Source: Spirochaetia bacterium
Lineage (GTDB): Bacteria; Spirochaetota; Spirochaetia; SZUA-6; Bin103
Reading direction: 5' to 3'
NCBI GenBank assembly: GCA_965199955.1
Contig: CBDATQ010000001.1
Location: forward strand, 992,001-1,056,000
DNA length: 64,000 bases
In this document: positions 21,187 through 32,618 of the stretch, piece by piece
Layout: each line of letters starts with the position of its first letter
How positions within the stretch are numbered: position 1 is the first letter of the stretch
Notes under the pieces: generated by a model
Told to the model about the DNA's origin: nothing
The model's input: the letters and a program-made list of their open reading frames with translations, nothing else
The model's database searches: none
Position numbers and translations under genes: made by a program

Positions 21187-22164
21187 TCAGTTCACGATGT
21201 TGCGGGGCGTTCCGGCCAGGAAGGCGCGGACGTTCTCCGCCGTTCGGGTGATCAGGTTCTGCCGCGCCTCGCGCGTGGACCAGGCCGAGTGCGGGGTGAT
21301 CAGGGCGTTGCGCGCGGTGAGCAACGGGTTGCCGTCGCTCGGTGGCTCGCTAGTGAGCACGTCGAAGCCGGCGCCGGCCAGCCGGCCCTGATTCAGCGCC
21401 TCGGCCAGTGCGTGCTCGTCGACGATGCCGCCGCGCGCGGTGTTGATCAGCAGCGCCGACGGCTTCATCAGTGCGATCGCTTCGCTGTCGATCAGGTTGC
21501 GCGTGGCGTCGTTGAGCGGGGTGTGCACGGTGACGACGTCCGCTTCGCGCAGCAACTCGTCTACCGGCGTGTTGGGGTAGGCGCCGTCGGCAATGCCCAG
21601 GGCGTCGTGGGCGATCACGCGCATGCCGAATCCCTCCGCGATGCGCGCCACGCCGCGTCCGATCGTCCCGAAGCCGATGATGCCGATCGCCTTGCCGTGC
21701 AGCTCGAAGGTCGGGTAACGCAGCAGCGTGAAGCCGTCCGCGGCCTCCCAGTCGCCGGACGCCACGTCGGCGGCGTAGCGGAACGCCTGCGTGGCCAGGT
21801 TCAGGACCAGCGCGAATGCATGCTGCGGGACCGTGTTCTCGGCGTAGCCCGGGACGTTGCAGACCGGGATGCCGCGCGCGGACGCCGCCTGCACGTCGAC
21901 GTTGTCGTAGCCGGTCGCCGCCGCCGCCACCAGGCGCAGGTCGCGGCCGGCCTCGATCGCGGCGGCGGTCACCTTGGCCTTGTTGGTGATCAGCACGTTG
22001 GCATCGCGCCCGCGCTCCACGCCCTCGTCCGGGGTGGAGTTGGCGTAGTGCACGTAGTCGCCCTGAGAGGAGATGCCGCTGAAGTCGACATCGCCGTCGA
22101 GCGAGTACATCGCATCGTCCAGGAACACGATGCGAACCGTATCGCCGCGTACCCGGTCAGCCAC
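21187..22164 (-). CDS. D-2-hydroxyacid dehydrogenase (glycerate/hydroxypyruvate reductase-like)
   Basis: ITNK, ATGYDNVD, GFGTIG, NTARG, TPHSAW. Confidence 0.9.
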   Translation of the reverse strand: MADRVRGDTVRIVFLDDAMYSLDGDVDFSGISSQGDYVHYANSTPDEGVERGRDANVLITNKAKVTAAAIEAGRDLRLVAAAATGYDNVDVQAASARGIPVCNVPGYAENTVPQHAFALVLNLATQAFRYAADVASGDWEAADGFTLLRYPTFELHGKAIGIIGFGTIGRGVARIAEGFGMRVIAHDALGIADGAYPNTPVDELLREADVVTVHTPLNDATRNLIDSEAIALMKPSALLINTARGGIVDEHALAEALNQGRLAGAGFDVLTSEPPSDGNPLLTARNALITPHSAWSTREARQNLITRTAENVRAFLAGTPRNIVN

Positions 22165-23149
22165 GGGCGGCCTTCGCTCGACCGCGGTCGAGTGCCTCCG
22201 GGTTGACCACGACGAGGGGCGGCCGCTCGCCGTCCAGGACCGTGGCCATTCCCTCCGCCATCACCTCCGCCATGCGGTCCATCGCTCCTTGGGTCATCGC
22301 CATGGCGTGCGGGGCGGTGAGCACCGCCGGATGGCGGAAGATCGGGTGATCGAAGTCGGGCGGCTCGGGCTCGAACACGTCGAGCGCGGCGCCGGCCAGC
22401 GGCCCGTCCTCGATCCCGGCGAGCACCGCGTCCAGGCTCTCCACCACGCCGCCGCGCGCCAGGTTGATCAGGAAGGAGCCCGGCTTCATGGCCGCGATCC
22501 GCGTGCGGTCGATCATGCCGCGGGTCTCGGCAGTGAGCGCCGTGTGCAGGCAGACGGTGTCGGAACGCTTGAGGAGCGCGTCGAGATCCACCAGCTCGAC
22601 GCTGAGCGCCTTCGCGGCGGCCGGATCGCCGTACGGGTCGTGGGCCAGGAGCGTGACTCCGAACGGCCCGAGCAATCGGGCGAGCGCCTGGCCGATGTTG
22701 CCGAAGCCGACGATGCCGACCGTCAGTCCGGCGATGTCGCAGGCCAGGAACTGCTCTCGTGACGCCCAGTTGCGGGCCTTCATCTGCTCGTCCCAATAGG
22801 GGATCCGCTTGTTCAGCGCCAGCAGGTAGGCCACCGAGGCCTCGGCCACGGTAGCTGCGTTGGCGCCGGGCGTGGTGATGAGCGCCACGCCACACTCGGT
22901 GGCGGCCTCCACGTCCACGGAGTCGTAGCCTACCCCGGTGCGGCCGATCACGCGCAGCCCGGCGGCGCGGCGGATCAGGTCGCCGGGCGCGCCGGAGGAG
23001 CCGCGCAGGATGAGCCCGATGACGTCGTCGTCGACTGCCGCATCCAGCGTAGCCTGCTCGTTGTCGGCGGTGACCTCGATGGGTCCGTGTGGTGCCAGGA
23101 TCCGGTGCGTCACCTCCGGAACCTCCCCGCTGGCGATGAATCTGCGCAT
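22157..23149 (-). CDS. D-2-hydroxyacid/phosphoglycerate dehydrogenase-like
   Basis: GRTGVGYD, GFGNIG, NLARG, LDVFEPEP, APH. Confidence 0.9.
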   Translation of the reverse strand: MRRFIASGEVPEVTHRILAPHGPIEVTADNEQATLDAAVDDDVIGLILRGSSGAPGDLIRRAAGLRVIGRTGVGYDSVDVEAATECGVALITTPGANAATVAEASVAYLLALNKRIPYWDEQMKARNWASREQFLACDIAGLTVGIVGFGNIGQALARLLGPFGVTLLAHDPYGDPAAAKALSVELVDLDALLKRSDTVCLHTALTAETRGMIDRTRIAAMKPGSFLINLARGGVVESLDAVLAGIEDGPLAGAALDVFEPEPPDFDHPIFRHPAVLTAPHAMAMTQGAMDRMAEVMAEGMATVLDGERPPLVVVNPEALDRGRAKAARG

Positions 23150-23151
23150 GA

Positions 23152-23928
23152 TCAGTTCCCTCCGGCCTTGCGGTAGGGCGCGAGCGCGGCGAACGCAGCC
23201 TTCGCGCCGCCTGCCACGTAGCTGCCGTCGGAGCCGAGCGCGATGAAGGTATAGCCGCGCTCGATGGCCGGCGCGACCTGGTCCGGCGTCTGCAGCAGGA
23301 TGCCGGCCGCCTTGCCCGCCGCGCGGGCGCCGTCCGAGACCCGGTCGAGCGCGCCGGTGAAATCGGGATGGTCGAACTGTTGCGGGATGCCCAGGCTGAA
23401 GCTCAGGTCGTTGGGGCCGACGAACAGCACGTCGGCGCCGTCGACTGCGGCGATCTCGCGCGCGGCGTTCACGCCCTCGGCTGTCTCGATCTGCAGGACG
23501 GTGAGCAGCCCGTCGTCGGAGCCGGCGCGATAGGAGGCAAAGTCGGCCCCGAAGCGGGTGGCCCGCACCGACGAGGCGACGCCGCGGATCCCTGCCGGCG
23601 GGTAGCGCATGGCCGCGACCGCCGCGGCGGCCTCCTCCGGCGACTGCACGTACGGCACCATGATGCCGTCGGCGCCGGCGTCGAGCGCGCGCTTGAACCG
23701 CGGCGCCTCGTTCCAGGCGACCCGCACCACCGCCGCCACGGGGGTGCCGGCGGCGACCTGGAGCTGCCGGTACAGGGTCTCCAGGTCCCCGGCGCCGTGC
23801 TCGATGTCGAGCACCAGAAAGTCGAAGCCGGCGTGACCGGCGATCTCGACGGAGACCGTCGAGCCCATAGTGCAGAAGCAGCCGGCGAGCACCTCGCGGG
23901 CGATCACCCGATCCTGAATGAATGTCAT
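23152..23928 (-). CDS. HpcH/HpaI aldolase family
   Basis: LDIEHG, LDAGA, LQIET, FVGPNDL; start MTFIQDRV. Confidence 0.9.
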   Translation of the reverse strand: MTFIQDRVIAREVLAGCFCTMGSTVSVEIAGHAGFDFLVLDIEHGAGDLETLYRQLQVAAGTPVAAVVRVAWNEAPRFKRALDAGADGIMVPYVQSPEEAAAAVAAMRYPPAGIRGVASSVRATRFGADFASYRAGSDDGLLTVLQIETAEGVNAAREIAAVDGADVLFVGPNDLSFSLGIPQQFDHPDFTGALDRVSDGARAAGKAAGILLQTPDQVAPAIERGYTFIALGSDGSYVAGGAKAAFAALAPYRKAGGN

Positions 23929-23951
23929 CGCGCGCGATCTTACAGGAATGG

Positions 23952-24911
23952 TCAGCGGCGACCAGCGGCGGGCCGCTCCGGCCGGTTGACCACGGCGATG
24001 CCCACGGCGACCAGGATGCCGCCGGCGATCAGGGCGGGGCCGACCGGCTCGCCGACCAGCAGGCGGCTGCCGGCAAGGCCGGCCAGCGGCTGCAGGAAGA
24101 ACAGCACCGACAGCCTGCTCGGGCTGTAGCGGTGCAGCACCGAGAACCACGACAGGAAGCAGAAGCCGGCCACCACCAGCCCCACGTAGCCCAGCGCGAC
24201 CGCCGAGCGCGTGCTCAGCGGCGCGGCGAACGGGTCCTCGAAAATCAGCGCCAGCGCCGCGTAGGGCGGCAGGCTCAGCGTCATCATCCAGAACAGCAAC
24301 TGCAGCGCGTCCACCCGCCCGGAAAACCGCTTGGCGCACACCGTGCGCAGCGCCAGCCCGATCGAGCTTCCGAGCAGCACCAGGTCGCCGAGGGCCGTGG
24401 CGCCGGAGGCGATGTCGCGGCCGATGAAGGTCACCGCCACACCGCCGCAGGCGACGACGATGCCGGCGACCACCGGCAGCGTCAGCCGGTCGCCGGGCAC
24501 CAGCAGGTGGGCGAGCAGGGCGGTGAAGAACGGAAACGCGCTCATGATGATCGTCGAGTGGGCGGCCGAGGTGTGGTGGGTGCCCACCGTCAGCGTGATC
24601 GTCTGCACGACGAACAGCGCCGCGAACGCCGCGATCCATCCCAGCTGGGACCGCGGCACCGACAGCGAGTGGCCGCGCAGCAACGCCCAACCGCCGACCA
24701 GCAGCCAGCCGAGCGCGAACCGCAGGGTGGAGAGCGTGATCGGCGGCAGCGACTCCAGCCCGATCTTCAACCCGACCGAGTTGCCGCCCCACAGCAGCGC
24801 CAGCACGGCCACGAAGGCAAGGGCGCTTGCCGGCGGGTGTTCGTTCCGCGCGGCCGCAGGCGTATCATTGGCTCGGGAGGCAACCCCTCCGGAGGTAGCA
24901 CGGTGGCTCAC
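23952..24911 (-). CDS. DMT/EamA family transporter (start uncertain)
   Basis: About 10 TM helices, LLWG, LRF, PFF, GE motifs. Confidence 0.85.
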   Translation of the reverse strand: MSHRATSGGVASRANDTPAAARNEHPPASALAFVAVLALLWGGNSVGLKIGLESLPPITLSTLRFALGWLLVGGWALLRGHSLSVPRSQLGWIAAFAALFVVQTITLTVGTHHTSAAHSTIIMSAFPFFTALLAHLLVPGDRLTLPVVAGIVVACGGVAVTFIGRDIASGATALGDLVLLGSSIGLALRTVCAKRFSGRVDALQLLFWMMTLSLPPYAALALIFEDPFAAPLSTRSAVALGYVGLVVAGFCFLSWFSVLHRYSPSRLSVLFFLQPLAGLAGSRLLVGEPVGPALIAGGILVAVGIAVVNRPERPAAGRR

Positions 24912-26075
24912 GAGCGCAGCACGGACCCGATCATCGCGACGCTTCAGGAGGAGGTGGCGATCCCGAGCGTCAATCCGGGACTACCCGGCGGCACCGACGG
25001 GGAGTGCGGCATGGCCGATTACCTGACCCGCTTCTTCGCGGATGCCGGAATCGCGTGCGAGCGGTGGGACGCGCTTCCGGGGCGGCCCAACGTGGTCGCC
25101 ACGCTGCCGGGACGGGACCCGAGCCGGGCCGTCCTGTTCGAGTGCCACATGGATACCGCCACCGCCGAGGGCATGACGATAGATCCCTTCCAGCCGGTCG
25201 TAAAGGACGGCAAGGTGTTCGGCCGCGGCTCCGCCGACACCAAGGCCGGCGGGGTGGCGATGCTGCACGCCATGCTGCGCATCGCCCGCTCCGGCGAGCC
25301 GCCGCCGGTCAGCGTGATGTACGCCGGCGTGGTGGACGAGGAGTACCGCATGCGGGGCGCCGCTGCGCTGGCGGACGCGCTGCCGGCGTGCGGCACGCGC
25401 GTCGTGGCGGCCGTGGTCGCCGAGCCGACCGAGCTGCGCATCGTCCGCGCGCACAAGGGGATCATCCGCGCCGTGATCGACGTGCACGGCACCGCCGCGC
25501 ACAGCTCAAAGCCGCACCTCGGCGCCAGCGCGATCAGCGCCGCGGCGCGGCTGATCACGGCGTTCGACGAGGAGGTCGGGGCCGGCTTCGCCGCGCTCGA
25601 CGACGGCATCACCGGCGTGCCGACCCACAACGTCGGCACCATCCACGGCGGCCTGCAGGTCAACTTCGTGCCGGCCGAGTGCCGGATGGAGCTCGACCGC
25701 CGGATCCTGCCGAGCGAGGACTTCGCCGCCGTGCTGGACCCGTACCGGGCGATCGCCGAGCGGATCGCAGGCGAACATCGGGGCATCAAGATCGACGTGA
25801 CCGAAGACCTGGCGATCGAGCCGATGGAAACCCCGGCCGATGCCGCAATCGTGTCCACCGCCACCGCCGCCGTGCGCGCGGTCACCGGTCACGCGTCCGT
25901 CGACGGCGAGCCGTACGGCACCGACGCGGCCAAGCTCAGCGCCGCCGGTATCCCCTCGATCGTCCTCGGCCCCGGCAGCATCGACCAGGCACACGCCGCC
26001 GTGGAGTGGATCGAGTGCGCCCAGGTGCTGCAGGCCGTCGAGGTCTACCACCGCATCATGACCACGGGCTCCTGA
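24903..26075 (+). CDS. M20/ArgE-DapE family metallo-deacylase
   Basis: IPSVN, HMDT, GRGSADTK, DEE, EPT, AHSS, GPG..AH; GGAGG SD before GTG 24903. Confidence 0.9.
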   Translation: MAHERSTDPIIATLQEEVAIPSVNPGLPGGTDGECGMADYLTRFFADAGIACERWDALPGRPNVVATLPGRDPSRAVLFECHMDTATAEGMTIDPFQPVVKDGKVFGRGSADTKAGGVAMLHAMLRIARSGEPPPVSVMYAGVVDEEYRMRGAAALADALPACGTRVVAAVVAEPTELRIVRAHKGIIRAVIDVHGTAAHSSKPHLGASAISAAARLITAFDEEVGAGFAALDDGITGVPTHNVGTIHGGLQVNFVPAECRMELDRRILPSEDFAAVLDPYRAIAERIAGEHRGIKIDVTEDLAIEPMETPADAAIVSTATAAVRAVTGHASVDGEPYGTDAAKLSAAGIPSIVLGPGSIDQAHAAVEWIECAQVLQAVEVYHRIMTTGS

Positions 26076-26100
26076 CGCTCGGAGCCGCCGTGGCGGACGG

Positions 26101-27197
<1,097 letters not shown>

Positions 27198-27201
<4 letters not shown>

Positions 27202-28250
27202 GGCAGGCGCTCCTCCACCGGCCGCGCCGCCTCGCCGTACAGGAAGCAGCGCACCTGGTGGGTCTCGTCGAGCGGGGTCAGCGCCGGCTCCGCCTCGGTG
27301 CAGCGCGCCATGGCGTGCGGGCAACGCTCCGCGAAGCGGCAGCCGGAGATCCGCCGGCGCGGATCGGGGAGGTGCCCGGGAATGGCGCGCAGCGGCTCCC
27401 GCGAGGCCGGGCCGGTCAGCACGGGCACCGAGGCCAGCAGCCCCTGCGTGTAGGGATGCTGCGGCTTCTTGAAGATCGTGCGCACCGGCGCCGACTCGAC
27501 CACCACGCCGGCGTACATCACCACGACGCGGTCGACGAAGCCGGCCACCACCGCCAAGTCGTGGGTGATGAAGATGATCGAGGTGTGCACGCGCTCCTTC
27601 AGCGACCGCATCAGCCGCAGGATCTGCGCCTGGATGGTGACGTCCAGCGCCGTGGTCGGCTCGTCCGCGATCAGCAGCGCCGGCTCGCAGGCCAGCGCGA
27701 TGGCAATCATCGCCCGCTGCCGGAGTCCCCCGGAGAGCTGGAACGGGTAGTCGCGGACCCGCGAGTCCGGGTCGGACATGCCGACCAGGCCAAGCAGCCT
27801 CACCGCCTCCTGTCGCGCCTGGGCCCGGTCCATGCCGCGGTGCAGGGTCAGGGCCTCGCCGATCTGGTCGCCGATCGAGTAGACGGGGTTCAGGGAGGTC
27901 ATCGGCTCCTGGAAGATCATGGAGATGTCGTTGCCGCGCACGGCGCGCATCTCGCGGTCGCTCAGGCCGGTCAGCTCGCGTCCGCGCAGGCGGATCGAGC
28001 CGCGCTCGATGCGGCCGGGCGGTTGCGGGATGAGCCGCATCACCGCCAGCGAGGTGACCGACTTGCCGCAGCCGGACTCGCCGACCAAGCCCAGCGTCTC
28101 CCCCTCGTCCACGTGCAGGTCGACCCCGTCCACGGCGCGCACCACGTGGTCGTGCAGGTGGAAGCAGACCTGCAGGTCCCGGACGTCCAGGACCGCGTCG
28201 GCGCCACCCGCCGTGTCGCTCACCCCTCGGGTGTGATTCGCTTCGCTCAT
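27198..28250 (-). CDS. oppD: Oligopeptide/dipeptide ABC ATPase (OppD-like)
   Basis: [35 protein letters not shown]. Confidence 0.92.
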
Positions 28251-29632
28251 CCTCGGCTCCGCGGATCGACCGCGTCGCGCAGGCCGTCGCCGACGAAGTT
28301 CCACGCCATGATGGCAAGGAATATGAAGATGCCCGGCACCAGGATCCACGGGAAGTCCTGGAAGATCCGGTAGCCGCGCGACACCGACAGCATCAGCCCC
28401 CAGCTCGACTGCGGCTCCGTGATGCCCAGCCCCAGGAAGCTCAGGGTCGACTCGCCCAGGATGAAGCCGGGGATGGTCAGCGTGACGTGCACGATCACGT
28501 AGGAGAGCGTGTTCGGCAGCACGTGCCGGCGGATGATCTTGAACGGACCCAAGCCGAGCGCGCGGGCGGCCAGCACGTAGTCCTCCGAGCGCAGGGAGAG
28601 CACCATGCCGCGCACGATGCGCGCCAGGCCGCCCCAGATGACGAAGGAGACGATCAGGATGATCAGAAAGTAGACCTGCACGCTATGGAGCGTCGGCGGG
28701 AAGGTGCCGCGCAGCGCCAGCAGCAGGTAGAACGCGGGGAAGGCCAGCAGCACCTCCGTGAAGCGCATCAGCAGGTTGTCGATCACGCCGCCGAAGTAGC
28801 CGGCGGCGCCGCCGATCAACAGGCCGATCACCAGCGTGATGGTCGCGCCGACCAGCCCGACGGTGAGGGACACGCGCGCGCCGTGCAGCAGCCGCGACAA
28901 GAGGTCGCGGCCGGCATGGTCGGTGCCGAGCGGGAAGAAGCCTCCGGTGGGCGAGGTGAGCAGGTGCCAGCGCGCCGTGAACGTCCCCAGGAACCGGTAC
29001 GGCACGCCGCGCGCGAAGAAGCCCACGAAGTTCTTGTTGCCCTTGGCGACGATCAGCTCCGCGACCGGCGTCGCCGGAAGCCCCAGGTCGAGCCGCACGG
29101 TGCGGTGCAGGTCGCGGCTCGGGTCGCGCTCGACCTGCGCGATCAGCGACCGCAGCTCGGCCAGCGCCGGGTGGTCTGTGCGCAGCCCGTATTGCCGCCG
29201 GAACGCCGCGACCGCCGTGCTCGCGCGCGCGGCAGCCGAGTCCTGCATGGCCACGGCGCGCAGGTCACCGCGGCCGGCGACCGTCTCCTGCGAGATCACG
29301 CGGAGGGTGTGGCGCGGCACGCGGCCGTAGGTGCGCAGCGCCTGATTGACGATGTGCATCTCGAAGACGAACGGCCGCACCACCACGTTGCCGCCGTCGA
29401 GGTAGCTGAAGTGGATGCGGGTCGGCGGCTGGTAGGACTTGGTCTTGTCCGTCCAGCGCATCGTCGCCGGCGCCAGGGGGTCGGCCAGCAGCGCCATGGC
29501 GTACAGGACGACCAGCGTCACGGCGCCGATCTTGCCCAGCGTGTGCTTGCGGAACTTCCTGGCGAAACCGCCGAGCAGCGACTCGACCGCTTCGTCGACC
29601 GCGCCGGCGCTCGCCGTGACCGGAGTGCTCAT
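28247..29632 (-). CDS. oppC: Opp-type ABC permease (OppC-like) with large insertion
   Basis: LGTDHAGRD, DYVLAARALG, RHVLPN, LSFLGLG. Confidence 0.9.
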   Translation of the reverse strand: MSTPVTASAGAVDEAVESLLGGFARKFRKHTLGKIGAVTLVVLYAMALLADPLAPATMRWTDKTKSYQPPTRIHFSYLDGGNVVVRPFVFEMHIVNQALRTYGRVPRHTLRVISQETVAGRGDLRAVAMQDSAAARASTAVAAFRRQYGLRTDHPALAELRSLIAQVERDPSRDLHRTVRLDLGLPATPVAELIVAKGNKNFVGFFARGVPYRFLGTFTARWHLLTSPTGGFFPLGTDHAGRDLLSRLLHGARVSLTVGLVGATITLVIGLLIGGAAGYFGGVIDNLLMRFTEVLLAFPAFYLLLALRGTFPPTLHSVQVYFLIILIVSFVIWGGLARIVRGMVLSLRSEDYVLAARALGLGPFKIIRRHVLPNTLSYVIVHVTLTIPGFILGESTLSFLGLGITEPQSSWGLMLSVSRGYRIFQDFPWILVPGIFIFLAIMAWNFVGDGLRDAVDPRSRG

Positions 29633-30609
29633 GTCACGCGGATCCGGGGATCGGTGATCGCCAGCAGGATGTCGGCCACCAAGTTGCCGACCATCAGCAG
29701 GATCACGCCGTAGATCAGGCTGCCGGACACCAGGTACGGGTCCTGGTTGAGGAGCGCCGACAGGATCAGCTTGCCCAGGCCGGGCCAGCCGGTAACGATC
29801 TCGACCAGCGCCGAGCCGCCCAGGATGTCGCCTATGCTGAAGCCCAGCAGGGTGATCATCGGATTGACCGCGTTGCGCAGCGCGTGCTTGAGGATCACCA
29901 CCCGCTCCGCCAGCCCCTTGGCCCGCGCGGTGGTGATGTACTGCTGGCCCAGCACCTCCAGCATGTTGGCGCGCATGATGCGCGTCAGCGACGCCGTGAT
30001 CGCCGTGGAGATCACCAGCGCCGGCACCACCAGGTGCTTGGCCAGGTCCCACATCTTCCCCAAGGTGGAGAGCTGGTCGTGGTCGATCGACGTCATGCCC
30101 CCGATCGGCAGCCAGCTCCCGGTGGCCGAGATCACGTACAGCAGCAGGGCGGCCAGGAAGAAATTCGGGATCGACAGGCCGAAGAAGGCGAGCACCGCGA
30201 TCGACTGGTCCTGCCACCGGTACTGGTGCGCGGCGGCGATGATGCCGGCAGGGATCGAGAACCCCCATGCCAGGAGCAGCGACACCACCGACAGCAGCAG
30301 CGTGTTGGCAGCGCGCTGCTTGACCAGCACGAACACCGGCGCCTTGAAGGTCTGCGAGAAGCCGAAGTCGCCCTGCACGGCGTTCCACAGGTAGCGCCCG
30401 AACTGGACGTACCACGGCTGGTCCAGGCCGAAGTTGGCACGGAACCGCTCCAGGTCCTCGGCGCGGATGTCGGGGTTGAGTGCGTACTCGCTGTAGACGT
30501 CCCCGGGCGCGAGCTGGATCAGCCAGAAGGCGACGGCCAGCGTGATCAGCAGGATCGGTACGGCGTTCATCAGCCGCCGGCCGACGACGCGCAACAGCGA
30601 CAGGCTCAT
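29629..30609 (-). CDS. oppB: Opp-type ABC permease (OppB-like)
   Basis: APGD, GLDQP, GDFG, YITTARAKG, KHALRNA, DPRI. Confidence 0.92.
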   Translation of the reverse strand: MSLSLLRVVGRRLMNAVPILLITLAVAFWLIQLAPGDVYSEYALNPDIRAEDLERFRANFGLDQPWYVQFGRYLWNAVQGDFGFSQTFKAPVFVLVKQRAANTLLLSVVSLLLAWGFSIPAGIIAAAHQYRWQDQSIAVLAFFGLSIPNFFLAALLLYVISATGSWLPIGGMTSIDHDQLSTLGKMWDLAKHLVVPALVISTAITASLTRIMRANMLEVLGQQYITTARAKGLAERVVILKHALRNAVNPMITLLGFSIGDILGGSALVEIVTGWPGLGKLILSALLNQDPYLVSGSLIYGVILLMVGNLVADILLAITDPRIRVT

Positions 30610-30699
30610 GGGCTGCGGATCCCTACCGTGGACGCATGAGGAGGTGCTCCGTGATCGAAATCACATCTCTCATCGAATCAGGTCCCTGATGGAAAGGAA

Positions 30700-30731
30700 G
30701 AGCCCGGGACGTTCGTGCTCGTCCCGGGCTC
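30700..30731 (-). terminator. Stem-loop (terminator or mRNA stabiliser) after oppA
   Basis: Perfect 12-bp stem GAGCCCGGGACG/CGTCCCGGGCTC with an 8-nt loop, followed on the minus strand by TTCCTTTCC. Confidence 0.7.
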
Positions 30732-30747
30732 CTGTGCCATCGTCCGG

Positions 30748-32538
30748 CTACTTCACGAAGAGCCGATCGGCGGTACCACGAATGCCGTAGCCGTTCAGCG
30801 GGTGCGTCTTGATGTTGCCGAACGTGTTGCGGAAGGCGTGCATCGTCGCCGGGGCGAAGGTGTAGGCCCACGGGACCTCGTCGATCCAGAGCTCCTGGAG
30901 CTTGCGGAATCCGCGGATGCGCTGCTCCTCGTCCGTGGTCAGGTTGGCCTCGTCCCAGGCGGCGTCCACTGCCGCCTCCCAGTCGCGGCGCGGCGCCTCC
31001 TGGTTGGGCTCGATCATGTGCAGGGAGCCGCGCGACGGGTACACGTTGGCGCCCGACACCGGGTCGACCGAGCCGGTCAGGCCGATCAGGATCATGTGCC
31101 AGTCGTAGGAGGCGACCAGCCGGTTGACCAGCTCGTTGAACGCCTCCGGCTTGAAGGTGACGTCGATGCCGGCGGCCTGCGCCTCCTGGGTGAACAGCTC
31201 GCCGATCTGCTCGCGTACCGTGTTGCCGGAGTTGGTGTTGAGGATCAGCTCGATCTTGTTGCCGTCCGGGTCCTCGCGGAAGCCGTCGCCGTCACGGTCG
31301 GTGTAGCCGATCGAGTCGAGCAGCTCCTTGGCGCGCTCCGGGTCGTACTTGAGGGCCGCGTCCGGCGCGCCTTCCCAGTAGTAGGGCGAGACCGTCCAGA
31401 CGAACGAATACTGCGGGTAGCCGAAGCCGAAGGCGATGTTGTTGATGATCGTCTCGCGATCGATCAGGTGCGCCATCGCCTGCCGGAAGCTCTTGTTGGA
31501 CAGCCAGGTGAGCGCTGGCGGCTCGATGCCGCCGTCCTCCTCGCCCTCGATCGGATTCTGGTTGAAGGTGATGAACTGGGTGCTGGAGGCGGGACCCACG
31601 TTGTAGATCAGGAAGTTGTCGGATTCCTGCCGCTCGGCCAGGACCCCGTAGTCCTCGCCGCGCAATCCCCAGGCGTCGGTCTCGCCGGCGATGAAGCGGG
31701 CCAGGCCGGTGTCGAGGTCCTCGACGAACTCGATCACGAACTCGTCCAGGTACGGGAGCTGCTGGCCCCACTCGTCCTTCTCGTAGTAGTTGGGGTTGGG
31801 CGTCATCACCACCCGCTGGCTGGGCAGGTACTCGCTGATCAGGAACGGGCCGTTGCCGACGATCGTGCTCACGTCGGTGTCGACCCCCCAGAAGGAGTTG
31901 ACCGCTGCGGCGCCTTCCGCCTCGATCAGCGGCTCGAAGATGTGACGCGGCATCGGCCCGATCGAGGCGATGTCGAAGATGCCGGCGTACACCGACGGCA
32001 GCACGATGCGGTAGGTCAGGTCGTCGATCAGCTCGAACTCCGCGAACTCCCCGCCGACGACCAGCGCGTCGCGGGTGCTGGTCTCCACCTCTTCGTTCTT
32101 GTAGATCTCGTTGACGCTCCACACGATCTCGTCCGCCGTGATCGGGTCGCCGTCCGACCAGACCAGTCCGCTGCGCAGATGGAGCGTGATCGTCTTCTGG
32201 TCTTCGGAGATCTCCCAGCGCTCGGCCAGCCCCGGCTCCCACTCCAGGGTGAGCTGGCTGCGCCGCACGACGCTCGCGAACATCTGATCGGTGATGTCCG
32301 TCGTCGAAGTCTCCTTGGCCACGACCGGATTGAAGGTCTTGGCGTCGGAGATGTTGGTCACCACGAACCGGCCGCCGTGGCTGCCGCGCTCCCACGCGGA
32401 GTGATCGACTTTGGCGAGCATGTCGATCGGGCTCATCTCCTCGGCCATGACCGCCTCCTCCTGAACGGGAGACGCCCACGCGCCGGTGACGGCCAGTCCT
32501 GCGATCAGGATGGCCAGGATGCTCTTCGTCATCTTCAT
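30748..32538 (-). CDS. oppA: ABC substrate-binding protein, family 5
   Basis: Signal peptide, KTFNP, LAERWE, WSDG, GNGPF, NPNYY, FRQAM..IDR; SD AGGAGGT. Confidence 0.92.
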   Translation of the reverse strand: MKMTKSILAILIAGLAVTGAWASPVQEEAVMAEEMSPIDMLAKVDHSAWERGSHGGRFVVTNISDAKTFNPVVAKETSTTDITDQMFASVVRRSQLTLEWEPGLAERWEISEDQKTITLHLRSGLVWSDGDPITADEIVWSVNEIYKNEEVETSTRDALVVGGEFAEFELIDDLTYRIVLPSVYAGIFDIASIGPMPRHIFEPLIEAEGAAAVNSFWGVDTDVSTIVGNGPFLISEYLPSQRVVMTPNPNYYEKDEWGQQLPYLDEFVIEFVEDLDTGLARFIAGETDAWGLRGEDYGVLAERQESDNFLIYNVGPASSTQFITFNQNPIEGEEDGGIEPPALTWLSNKSFRQAMAHLIDRETIINNIAFGFGYPQYSFVWTVSPYYWEGAPDAALKYDPERAKELLDSIGYTDRDGDGFREDPDGNKIELILNTNSGNTVREQIGELFTQEAQAAGIDVTFKPEAFNELVNRLVASYDWHMILIGLTGSVDPVSGANVYPSRGSLHMIEPNQEAPRRDWEAAVDAAWDEANLTTDEEQRIRGFRKLQELWIDEVPWAYTFAPATMHAFRNTFGNIKTHPLNGYGIRGTADRLFVK

Positions 32539-32618
32539 CGGAAACCTCCTGCGGTATCGGAGAGATGCTCCGATCCTACCGCATGCTTACCCGTGTTGCC
32601 TGCCCTGCCGGGCAGATT

